A DNA stretch of 64,000 nucleotides, taken from Octopus vulgaris (Eukaryota). Shown here piece after piece: positions 1 to 20,382 of this stretch; within the stretch, counting starts at the first letter, position 1; every line of letters starts with the position of its first letter. Under the pieces are notes generated by a model that searched no databases, was not told the origin of the DNA, and saw only the letters and a program-made list of their open reading frames with translations. A program made the position numbers and the translations under genes. The stretch spans positions 57,784,001 through 57,848,000 of the forward strand of contig OX597815.1 of NCBI GenBank assembly GCA_951406725.2, in the 5' to 3' direction.

Positions 1-464
1 ATATATATACACACTGTTGTATCTAGGGAGAGCCATTCTCTTTTAGTGCCTTGTAATTTAACATACTCACAGATAAAATTTCCACTCATTTACTTATGTA
101 TTTTTCTAAAATTTACGTTGTTTTGCAACCTTTTCAAAAGTTAACTCTGTTCATTATTCAAGCTGTGTTCTTTTTGTTTGTTTGTATGCATGTGTGTGCG
201 CACATACACATGTATGTATGCATGCATGTAAGTTGTGTATGCATGTATGTATGTATGTATTCAACATATTCATGTGTTTGTGTGTGTGTGCGTCTGTCTC
301 CTTGCATGTGCATGTATGAGTGTGTGTGTGTGTGTGTGTTTGTATGTGTTTTTGTGACAGTATGTATGGCTGTGTATCCATATGTGTGGATGTGTGTCTC
401 CATATGTGCCCTCGTGTGAAGTGTGTGTGTATATGGTCATGTGTTTCAGTTTTCATTTGCATAT

Positions 465-1088
465 GGGGAGAGGTAGATCCAGGAAGACATGGGATGGTGG
501 TCAAGCATGACCTTCGAACATTGGGCCTCACAGAGGCAATGACGAAAGATCGAGATCTCTGGAGATATGCTGTGACTGCAAAGACCCAACAAATAATGTG
601 AGTCCATGGCTGCTTCCTGCACCAGTTTCGCATAGCCCCAGCCCATCCAAAGTACCTTGGATTGCAGAACAACCTGCTGTGCTTACCTTGGATTGTAGGG
701 TGACCTGCTGTGCTTGAGGAGACCTATTGAGTCAAATACATCAACATCAAAATAAATATCAAATGGAAATTGTAGCTGTGATACCTGTGCTGGCAGCACG
801 TAAAAAGCACAATCCGAACGTGGCTGATGCCAGCACAGCCTTGACTAGCTTCTGTGCCAGTGGCACATAAAAAGCACCAACCGATCGTGGCTGCTGCCAG
901 CCTCCCCTGGCACGTAAAAAGCACCCAGTACACTTACAGAGTGGTTGGCGTTAGGAAGAGCATCCAGCTGTGGAAACACTGCCAGATCAGACTGGAGCTT
1001 GATGCAGCCTCCTGGCTTCCCAGATCCCGGTCGAACCATCCAACCCGTGCTAGCATGGAAAACGGACTTTAAACGATGATGATGATAA
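465..1088 (+). mobile_element. RTE-clade LINE 3' fragment (ORF end, 3' UTR, (GAT)n tail)
   Basis: VVKHDLRTLGLTEAMTKDRDLWRYAV matches the intact RTE end at 34200-34303; tggcacataaaaagcacc subrepeats; ends GCTAGCATGGAAAACGGAC...GATGATGAT. Confidence 0.85.
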
Positions 1089-1343
1089 TGTGTGTGTGTG
1101 TGTATGAGCTTGTCTATTCATATTACCTATGTAACTATCCGTCAGTATTTCTATCTGTTTACTTTCATGCTCATTTGCCTACTTGCATGTGCATATATAC
1201 ACACACACACACACATACATACATCTACATAACAGTCTGACTAACTATTCTACCTGTATATAAATATAAACTGTGGGTATGATTACCTACTATGTATATT
1301 TCCTATTTAGTACTGGAGATTGTTCATTTGTGAGGACGTACTC

Positions 1344-1900
1344 CTATATTTGTTTGAATGTTGGGTCCTTCGGGTGCTTGGATAAAATGCAGATGTCAAG
1401 TTGACCCAGGCTGCCTCCATATTGGTCCTTGGCATGTTGGTAGAGTATAGTGGACTGTTCTTTGTCATCATATTGTCTCAAATGTTCATTTACTCTTTCC
1501 ATAATGCTCCTAGATGTCTCCCCTATGTATGTCATCGTCATGTCTTTACATCACCCTCTATGCTTCTTATGCTGTAGACTACATTTCTAGTTCTACAAGG
1601 CTAATCCTTCATACCGTGCAGTTATCATTGGTGCATATGGTATTCTCAAAGGGGTATGTCCTACATAGTTGTGATCTGATGGAGTTGCCTGGCTTTTCAA
1701 CAATTTTAATGTTGAGTTTGGTCTCCTTCAGAGTTTTCCTAAATCTATGGGCTAGTTCTCCATGGGCTGTGGCCTCTACAAACATCACTCCTTGATATTT
1801 GTGGGTTTTATACCACGTGTTCACCCTGTTTGCTTTGTCACAACCTCTTTATATCCTATTCCAATCTTTGCTTCCTATATCTAGGGCAGGTACCATTGGT
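1344..1900 (-). pseudogene. Penelope-like element fragment: Cys-rich linker and C-terminal GIY-YIG endonuclease
   Basis: VMFVEATAHGELA...KIVEKPG...CTNDNCTV, then frameshifted CRTRNVVYSI and YIGETSRSIMERVNEH...LYQH; stops and frameshifts. Confidence 0.8.
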
Positions 1901-2033
1901 TTCATTACATATAATGTTATCTAACTATGTGTATCATATATACACACGATACTCCACTGGTTTCAGCCCGAGGTTGTGGCTATGTTGTAAACATACATTA
2001 TATATATTCTGTATGTGTATTATTATTATTATT

Positions 2034-2175
2034 AAGGCAGTGAGCTGGCAGAATTGTTAATGCACTGGGCAAAGTGCTTAGTGGCATTTCATCCATCTTT
2101 ACATTCTGAGTTCAAATGCCACCAAGATCAACTTTACTTTTCATCCTTTAGGGGTTGATAAAATGCATACCAGTG
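2034..2175 (+). mobile_element. tRNA-derived SINE, degenerate (Meta-domain-like core)
   Basis: A-box-like GAGCTGGCAGAA, B-box-like GAGTTCAAATGCC, core TTTCATCCTTTAGGGGTTGATAAAATGCATACCAG recognised from memory. Confidence 0.7.
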
Positions 2176-3339
2176 CCTTACAAATATCAAAATTACATAA
2201 ACCAACCCTGAAATGGTTTATGATATGTCTTTAATTTCTGCTAAGATGTATTTTTTAAAATACTGACATGAAGAAAAGAATCTTCAGTTATATTATTGGT
2301 GTATGGATGGTATGGATTCTGTGATAATTGTAGAGCAGAATTTGCTATCATTGGAAGAAATTGGCATGTAGTTTAGTAGAGAACAATGTTTATAACTATA
2401 TACAATTTCAATAGGAAAAGAAAGATAAGAAGAATAGAGGATTTGTTATAGTGTAAGGTATAAAGAGAAAAGGAGATGGAGAGAGAAGGTTGGGATAGCT
2501 GAGAGAATATTAGTAATTAAAAGATGTCAGAATTAAGATTGGCTATAAGTTAGAAAAATTGGTTATGCAGGTTAATCAATTTGAGAGATGCTTGGCAGCA
2601 GACAGAGGATGCATAACAAAGAGAGAAAAATATAAAAAATAAAAGCTATAATGACACTAACTGTAACATTGTAAAATGTTTTTGTCACATTAAGTATAAG
2701 GATCAGTTATACTGGAGAGGGGATGCAAGAGATATGACAGCATCCTGGTAGGAGAGGGTAAAACACTAATGGGTGAGTGCTAAAGATAAGTGTTCTCTAA
2801 ATGTAGCTAAATATAGTGGTTAAGTAGGAAGTATAATAGTGAAGGAGAAGAGTGGAATGGTTTATGAAATAAAGAGAAAGATTTATAATATTATTGACAA
2901 CATGAGATAATTGCATCAGACAAGCAATCAAGAAAGAGGTCTTTAATCTCATGTAATACACTGAGGGGTTAGCAGCATAAATTACATAGATATTCCATTA
3001 TCAATCTTGATCAGGGAAATGTCATAAGGAATACCTTCAGCTTTGAAGTGGTGGATATGGGTGGCCAATTAGATAGATTACTAGCTGTTGGACCCGGTAT
3101 TGCTCCTGTTTTCTGTGTTGAAGTTAAGCCCACCTATGACCTTGTATTGAAATCTACGTTCCCCATGCCAACTATTACCCATTAAGATGTTATATCTGGT
3201 TCGGCAGGGATTTTACCTGGTTAATGCTTTCAACATACTCCTACATACTGGACCGTCTGAAATCGAATCGCAGTCAAACTTTTGGGTGCACCTTCACCCT
3301 CTGAGAGTGATATTTGTTTATTTCTCTCCCCTTAACGCC

Positions 3340-4380
3340 ACTCTCTATACAAAATTGATCAGCGTGTCCAATCTCAGCAAAATCCAAAGAAAAGTGTTAT
3401 GGTTATGTCATAAAATAGAACCCATATGACCATTTACATGAAAATATTCTATAAATCCCAATACATTACATGAATAACCAATGTTTCATATGTTGAAGTG
3501 CTTAATTTTACTCACGGGTCAATTTTCTTCCAAATCAGATCGTTATTTTATATTTGAGTGAATTTTGACAATTTCTTCCTTTCACCAGTTTAATTTTAAT
3601 TCTACTACATGATGCCAACCATAAACTTTACCTAAATGTTAAATTTCATCAAAATCAAATGAATTCTGTAAAAGTTGCAGCATAAAATATTGATCCTATC
3701 GGTAATTGCATACAAAAAGCCTATTAATTTCTCAAAATCTCCTGCTCGTGTGCAATTATTGATTTTTTTGTCAACTTTTCATGCTGGCATCAACTAATGG
3801 ACATGAACTGTAATCATATGTAAAATTTCTATAAAATTGATAAGAATGTCTCTAAGGAAATGCTTATTTGCATTTGTGCCCTTTTGATTTAAATAAACAC
3901 CTTTACCATCTCCCCCACCACAAAATTTACCTACATCTCAAATTTCACATTAAAATTGGATAAAAAAATATAAAAGTTACGGCCAAAAATAAAATCTTTA
4001 TGGGTATTTGCACACAAAAAGCCTATTGATTTTATAAAACTACTGCTCAGGTGCATTTATCAATTTTTTGTCAACACCATATACTGACTTGCTCACTCAT
4101 TGATTTTCATCAAAATTGGACACAAGAAATGCAAATGCTGCAGGAAAAATAACATTGTTATGGGAATTTCTATTCAAACACCCAATTGAGCTCACAAAGA
4201 TCGATGCCAACTGAGCTTTATTGAGTTTTTGAAAAATTCCGGCCTTATTTGAACTTCAAGGCATATGATCTACCTATGTGTCAAAAATCATTATAATCAA
4301 TTGGACGGTGTGAAAGGAGTTAGAGTAACCCCAAACACATACACTGACAGACACCATTACACATTTGCTATTGATGTTCA
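3340..4380. mobile_element. Degenerate non-autonomous element with internal subrepeats (Helentron/HINE-like, tentative)
   Basis: Recurrent aaatttcatcaaaat / gcctatt / ttgtcaac motifs, ending in an acagac-type microsatellite. Confidence 0.4.
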
Positions 4381-5191
4381 AGAAGGAGCTCATAAGTACA
4401 AGGAATCAGCACTTAGAGTCAATCATTGCACCATTGTAAATTCTGGTAGAGTGGCTCCATGTGCTGGTAACGTTACATTTATAGACAACATAACATAGGT
4501 AATGGTTCCTCCAAGAGGTAATTAATAGATATTCTGAAGTCATTCATCTCAGATTACAAGTGGTGCACAGTTAGCCATGGAAGATATGATTAGCACTATT
4601 GTTAGTCATATGAGTAGAACACTGTGCATTACTGTCACTTATTAACACTAAAATTGTGGTCATAATTATGATTATTCATATTATAATTATTTTTACTACT
4701 CATATGGATACCTAAATCATTATAACTGACATTAATAGTATACTTACTATGTGTACAATTGCTCTTCTAACTAGTATTCTTGCTACCATCAGTAATAATA
4801 GTTGTTTCCACAGTATAGGTGATACTAAAGTTAATAGTAACCTCTATGTGGTCCATTAAACTTATGCATTCAGTTATGGCTCTGTTAGGGTTATTGTGCG
4901 CATAGAAATAGTGGTAACCCATATTCTCTATTCAGTTATTGGGTTTGTTGATACTATTATGAACAATATTAACAATATTTGCCATTGTTAATGCTATGAA
5001 TGAAAAACATTATCATGATGATGATAATTATTGAGGATGCTTAACTATGTCTAATTATATTCAAACATGTTAAGCATGACAGAAAATATATAAAACATGA
5101 CTAAAATATATTTGTTAAACATGGATATATTTTATTCAACACTTTTATGTGATATTCAAGTTTGACCAAGAGGCATGCACATCAGCAACTA

Positions 5192-6448
5192 TCAGGTCAT
5201 CCCATAAGTTCTGTTCGAATTTTCAATAAAGAAAACAAGTGACCAAATGTTAATGTACTTTCCCTGATTATCTATGACTTCCTTTCATCTGTTTACAAGC
5301 TTTTTAATCCCATCAATTTAAAACTCTTTTGGTTTCAAAGTGTAGAACTCTGAAATGTCAGTTTCGACCTCCTCCTGGCTTACGAACGTTATGTCCCCCA
5401 AATGATTCTGTAAACTACGAAACAAATGTTAGTCTGAAGGAGCAAGGTTGGGAGAATAAGATGGATGAGGAATTTTTTCCCAACCAAGCTCTTTGATTTT
5501 CTGTGATGTGATCTTTGCAGTGTGGGATCGTGCATTGTCCTGATGAAACATCACTCCTTTTTGATTCACTAAAGCGGATCTTTTTTTTTCAAAGCTTGGT
5601 TCAAACACTCTAATTGCTGACAGTAGACTTGAGCATTGATTGTTGCATTAGGTGGTAACAATTCAAAGTGAATTACTCCTTTTCAATACCACCAGTTAGA
5701 GAGAAGAATCTTTTTCCCATGAAGTTCCCTTCTTGGTTGTGGTTGAGCTTTTTCCCTTTTACCAAGCCACTATTTACAACATTTAACATTTCAATAGAAG
5801 ATCCATTTTTCATCACCAGTCACAAGTTTATCCAAAAAGGGTGAAATAAATTTGCAAGAATGAAGAGAAGAGCAGATATCAACTCGGGATTTGTGGTTGC
5901 TTTCAGACAATTCACGAGGCACCCATTTTCCAATTTTAGGAACCTTTCCAAGTTGTTGAAGATGATGATGAACAGTTGTATGGTTTGAACTAAGCTTTAT
6001 TGCCAATTCTTCAACTGATAATGCAAGATTTTCTTCAAGTAATGCCTCAAGGAGCATTACTCAGCTGAACGTCCTGTTCGATCTTCAACTTCAAGGCTGA
6101 AATCTCCACTTCTGAATTTTGCAAACCATCTTCTGCAAGTTCTTTCATTCAAACATTATTTCCCATAAACTGAGTGTATGCTTCGAGTTGCTTCGGCTGC
6201 AGAGTTTCCTTTTTTGTACTCATAAAGCATTATGTGCCTCAAATGCTCTTTGGATACTTCCATGTTAGAAAGGGTTTTAATCAAAGAAATTGTAATTCTA
6301 TTATTCTGTAAAATAATATTTTATTAGTTTAAATGTACACAAATGCATAAAAGATAATTTTTAATTCCATTAGACATTCTAAAATACTATTAAATTTCAT
6401 TCAATTTTAAAAAAGATAAACTCGGACAGAACTTATGGGATGACCTGA
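5192..6448 (-). mobile_element. Full-length but decayed mariner (DD34D) transposon, ~1.26 kb
   Basis: TIRs TCAGGTCATCCCATAAGTTCTGT(T/C)CGA at both ends, TA on the left; WVPREL, LVTGDEKWIFY and YSPNLAPSD motifs with stops and frameshifts. Confidence 0.93.
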
Positions 6449-6789
6449 TTTGTTGCTTCCATAGGTATGATTCTATACTTAGCTATGTTGGGAATGACTG
6501 AATTGGTTTTCATGACTAACAAAAAAGAACAATGCAAAAACATATGCAACGCGTATTTTACTGTAGTTTTGAGCCATCCAGTGCCTTCTAAGAGTCTACT
6601 CATCAATGACAAGCAGAGGGTAGCTCTTTGATCAGGCTAAGATGCATTCAGATGATGAGGGACCCACTTACCAATTTAGATTCATTGTAGTTTATGAAAG
6701 TGTGTTATGATCGAAGTGTGAATTTAATTGAACTGTTTTGCTAATTCAAATGTATTTTGCTTTGGATTTTCTTTGTCTACAGTTTTCAG

Positions 6790-7594
6790 AAGAGAGCTGA
6801 GAGTATTCTGCACAAGGGACATGGCATGATGAAGGTTTCTCCTCAGTGGGTTCTACATCTGACACCTGATCTAAAGTGCACTAGGCTGATCACATTACAG
6901 AAAATCTGACATTATTTCAGGCAGATCCAGCTGGTTTCCTTGAACATTTCCTAACCCAGAATGAGTGTTGGCTCCATTACTTTGAGCCAAAGACAAAGAG
7001 ACAATTCATGCAGTGAAAATATCCTTCTTCACCTGCTCCAAAAAGGCCAACATCGTTTTTTCCACAGGGAAAATGATAGCCTCAGTTTTTTAGATACAAA
7101 AGGTATTATGTTTATTGACTAGCTTCAAATGAGCCACACCATCAGTGGAGAGTACTATGCCAACTTTCTGAGGCAGTTACAAAAGACTATCAAGACTATT
7201 CAGGAAAACTGATGAAAGAGGTCTTGTTTCATCAGGACAATGCTCCAGCACACAAGTCCTTGGTTTCAATGGCTACTGTGCATGACTGTGGTTTTGAGCT
7301 GGTTGATCAACCTCCCTGTTCTCCTTATTTGGTCCCACCTGACTATCATCCATTCCCAACATGAAAAACTCTTGACTGGGAACCACTATCACAGTGATGA
7401 TGACATCATAACTGCTGTTGATGACTTTTTTGACCTACAGGATGACAACTTCTTCACCAATGGGATTCAAACACTAACACCAATGGAAGAAGTATGGGTT
7501 ACTGCAAGGGGAATTATGTTGAAAAATAAACCTCGTTTGGTTACAATCCATGAGAGTATCTTATTCAGCCTGTGAACTCTTCAGCCAACCCTTG
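6790..7594 (+). mobile_element. Second mariner, 5'-truncated and decayed
   Basis: CWLHYFEPKTKRQFMQ, LFHQDNAPAHKS, YSPDLAPSD-like remnant; right TIR-like end GAACTCTTCAGCCAACCCTTG followed by TA. Confidence 0.8.
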
Positions 7595-7671
7595 TATTAG
7601 CTATTTAGTGACAGAAGCAGACTGTAACAAATACTAATTAGCAATCCAACTAAATTTAAGAGTGCTGTTCG

Positions 7672-8146
7672 GAACACTGTAGACTGTGGTAAATTATCTC
7701 ATATAGACAACAAATGTTAAAAAGCTCAGATTACATCAGCTGATGAAATTTTGTCTGCACCTGCAAATGGCACTGTTTTATTATGTGGTTTCGTAAATTG
7801 TGAATTGTCAACAAACAGGCAGCCAAACACTGAATGGATTTGCTCATTGATATTCATTACAAAAGCTGCTTCTGTCACTAATAGTTAATTTATGTATAGC
7901 CCACCAGCATTTTGTGACATTACTGATTGTTTAACCAGTGTTAAATTGTAATGGCTCAACTGATTTTTCATCTGGCACTCAGTGTTTGACTGTCTTTTGC
8001 AAATGATTTGCAATTTATGATGAAATCATGGATTATAACAGTGCCATCTGTCAATGCTAAAGAAATTTCATCAGCTGTTATAATCCATGCTTTTAAGCAT
8101 TTGTTGTAGATGATTTCTCAGATATTCATCACAGTCTGCAGTGTTC
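7672..8146. mobile_element. Old palindromic MITE-like inverted repeat
   Basis: 7672-7830 (gaacactgtagactgtg...cagctgatgaaattt...atggcactgtt...aaacactga) is the imperfect reverse complement of ~7975-8146. Confidence 0.7.
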
Positions 8147-8179
8147 TAAAGAACACACACTAATCAATACATACATACA

Positions 8180-8860
8180 TCATCACCATCATCAACATTT
8201 AATGTCTGTTGTACATGCTGGCATGGGTTGGACGGTTTGACCAGAGCTGGTAATCTGAGGGGCTGCACCCAGACTTCAGTCTGATTTGGCATGGTTTCTA
8301 TGGCTGGATGCCCTTCCTAATTCCAACCACTCTGAGAGTGTAATGTGTGCATTTACTTGTCACTGGCACAAGTGCTGATTGCTTGACACCAGTATCTACC
8401 ATGATTATGATTTCATTTGGCTTGATGGGTTTTCTTCTCAAGCACAGCATATTGCCAAAGGTCATTTGTTATTGCTTCTGTGAGACCCAATGCTTGAAAG
8501 ATGCTTTTTACATTCCACTGGCACTGATGCTAGTTACAGAACACCAGCATCAGCCACATTGCTTTTGTGAGGCCAACACTCAAAAGGTGCTAGTTACATG
8601 GCCACAACTATGATTTCACTTGGCCTGATGGGTGTTCTCAAGCACAGCATATCATCAAAGGTCTTGGTCACTAGTCATTGCCTCCATGAAGCCCAATGTT
8701 CAAAGATCATGCTTCACCACCTCATTCCATGTCTTCCTCTTCCACAGCTTGCCTCCACTGTTAGAGATCGGTACTTCTTCATGCAATTGTCCACATCCAT
8801 ACGGATCACATGAGTCGTCTCTCTTGCACACCACGCGTGATGCCTCTTATGCACAACTTA
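8180..8860 (-). mobile_element. RTE-clade LINE 3' fragment
   Basis: (CAT)n tail, reverse complement of the 3' UTR seen at 930-1088, and an RKTWNEVVKHDL-like ORF end. Confidence 0.8.
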
Positions 8861-9790
8861 AGTTAGGTTGTTGGACATGCACATCCCATTCCAGACACCA
8901 AACTGACACTCAGACACTGAGAGCTATTCTATTGGACCTCTGTCAAATCATTAAGACATTAATTATGAACATAGAAAGAAATTATACATTAATCCCTTTT
9001 TTTTTGTAAACAGTTGTATCTGTCAAAATTTTATTTGCAGAGAGCAGAAATTGAAAGAAGATATATGAAATGGACGTGTGTGTGTGTGTGTGTGTGTGCA
9101 TGCATGCATGTGTGCTTGTGCGTGTGTATGTGAGAGAGAAAGCGGGTGAGAAAGAGAGACAGAGTGAGTGGAGGAGTGACGTGATGATTGACATCTTTTT
9201 AAGGTACACACACATACATAGAAAATGTGAGGTCATCGTATAAAATTTTTACGATAGTTGATTTATGGAAAATGTTACATTAAATTTTTGAAATGCAAAT
9301 ATGTAAATGAAAATTGAGTTCAGACTTCTACATGGTAGCTAGACCTGGTAGATATAGCAGCCAAATCTCCCTCAAAACACCCTACTGTCTTAATCCGACA
9401 ATTCTGCCTATTATGTAGTTTGAATGTGAAACTGTAACTAAAGATTAAGATTATTAACCCCACAAAGAAGTGAAAGAAGAGAGACAGCATAGCGAAAGTT
9501 TTGGCTGACTGTCATCCTGTACTCCCCTTGTTGCTAGCAAAATTGTATATTCCAGCTATGTGAGCAACTGGTTGTTTTAATGGTGAAACAAACAGGAATT
9601 CCATTAGAAAAGTTTTAATCGATTTTCTCAGTAACTATCGGCGCTAGGGGAAAAATACAAACCGCATTTCAATCTATGCACCCGTCTACACATGTGTGCC
9701 ATTTTTTCACGTGAATTCATCCAGCCGTTTGGCTGTGAACCTCAAGAATACCTCAAGAATCACCCATATCCAATTTATATTATAGATTAA

Positions 9791-10112
9791 GATGGCTATC
9801 AACAATTTAAAAACAAAAAGGCACAACTACAAACATCATTAAATTGACTAAGAGTGCAAATCAGCACCAGCATTGCTAGGAATAAGAGTTAAAACAACTC
9901 TTAACCATGGACATGCACTTGTGTATTGACTGACATGGGAGACCAACCTCCCTCTTGTTGTAAGGAGGTTGGTCTCCCTTATCAGTGCTTGGCCATGACT
10001 AAGAGTTGTTTTAGCTCTTATTTCTAGCAATGCTGGGGTTGATTTGCACCCATTGTCACTTAAGTGATGTTTGTACTTGTGCCTTTTGGTTTTTAAATTG
10101 TGGATAGCCAAC
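9791..10112. mobile_element. Palindromic MITE with TTAA TSD (Kolobok-like termini)
   Basis: Near-complete 322-bp hairpin; TTAA at 9787-9790 and 10113-10116; TIR starts G(A/T)TGGCTATC. Confidence 0.8.
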
Positions 10113-10119
10113 TTAAAAA

Positions 10120-14610
<4,491 letters not shown>

Positions 14611-14669
14611 ACAAAACACAAACACACAAAAAAAAAAAAAAGCAGCCCAAAAACAAAAACACAAACAAA

Positions 14670-16137
14670 GAAGATGATATCACAAGCCAATGAAATATGT
14701 ATAGAAAAAGCAGATGCTTTTTTTCAGAGCTTTTGCAAGTGGTAAGCTCCCAGTCAAACTGAAAGAGGGGTAATATGCCCTATCCATAAGGGAGGTAGCA
14801 GAGCAGATGCTAAAAATTATATATCTCTCTGACCTCACACATCAGCAAGTCATGGAACGAATATCCGTAAGAAACTAATCATGTTCCTTGAAGAAAATGA
14901 CTTACTGTCTGACACCCAGCATGGATTTCGACCAGGTAGAGGCTGCCTATATGCAACATATGACTGGGTGTTGTATACTAAATGGCTCAAATGTGGATGT
15001 AATAAACTTGATTGTTTTGATAAAAATGGTATGAACAAACTGCGTGTATAAACTTGGAGAGTGGCTGCACAACTTATAAAAGACAAAACTGTCTTTGATG
15101 TATAATAAAATGTATGTATATGATGTTAAGCTATGCAGATATACAAAAGTAGATATATACAAATATGATATAAAACATGAGATATTGCGCAATGCATACA
15201 TGAGGGCTGGAGGACAATATACAGGTGATTGGGCTGAGGACAACAACATGCGATTTAATGCAGGTAAGTTCCAGGCCCTGCGCTACTGGCACACAAAGGT
15301 AAATGACGTGAAGACTGGATACACTGGCCCAGGAAGAATTGCAATCCCTGAGTCAAAATCAGTGCATGACCTAGGCATTGACATGAGCAATGATGCATCT
15401 TTCCAAATGCATATTGCTAATCTGGTGATAAAATGCAGACGGCTAGCTGGATGGATTCTCCGAACTTTCAGAACAAGAGAGAAGGAGACACTGATGGTCC
15501 TATGGAAAACATTTGTCCTCAGCCGCTTGGACTACTGCTCCCAACTTTGGTCACCACACAATATAAAACAAACAGCAGAACTCGAAGCAACTCAGAGAAG
15601 CTACACAAAGAAAATCGTCTCAATGCAAAATGTCAGCTACTGGGAAAGACTGAAGGTATTAAACCTCTTCTCCCTGGAGCGGAGGCGGGAGAGATATGCA
15701 GTGATATACATCTGGAAAATCCTGGAGGGTCTTGTCCCAAACTTTGGCATTCAAAGTTGGCTCCAACCGCAGAACGGGGCGCCGCTGCGTGGTGCCAAGG
15801 ATTCCAACATCACCATCAAAATACAGGTCCAGATACTGCAACAGCTTGGGTTTCAGAGGACCACAGCTCTTTAACATCCTCCCTAAATGCCTGAGAGACT
15901 TACATGGTGTGGATGTGGGTTTCTTTAAAACTAAACTGGATCTCTTCTTGTTGGAAGTCCCAGATGAACCTACCTCACGACAGGAGACACGGATGCGGGC
16001 AGCAGCATCGAAAATCCCTTGTTGATCAAGTGCCACGTATCAGAGGTGGATTCACAAACTAGTGTAGCTCATTCAGCGGTGGTGCCCCAGCATGGCCGCG
16101 GCCTTCGGGCTAAAACATTTTTAAGGATTTAAGGATT
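14670..16137 (+). mobile_element. CR1-group LINE family A copy 1, 5'-truncated, frameshifted
   Basis: [53 protein letters not shown]; 3' motif GGTGCCCCAGCATGGCC and (TTTAAGGA)2 tail running into (TA)n. Confidence 0.92.
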
Positions 16138-20309
<4,172 letters not shown>

Positions 20310-20382
20310 TCTTTTACTCTTTTACTTGTTTCAGCCATCCGGCTGAGGCCATGCTGGGGCACCGCCCTTGTTGCTACCCTCT

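Noticed and set aside
1609-1611. UGA at an expected Cys position in the Penelope-like linker (selenocysteine, as reported for Naiad PLEs)
   Set aside because: The copy has other stops and frameshifts, its GIY-YIG is C-terminal unlike Naiads, and I saw no SECIS; decay is simpler.
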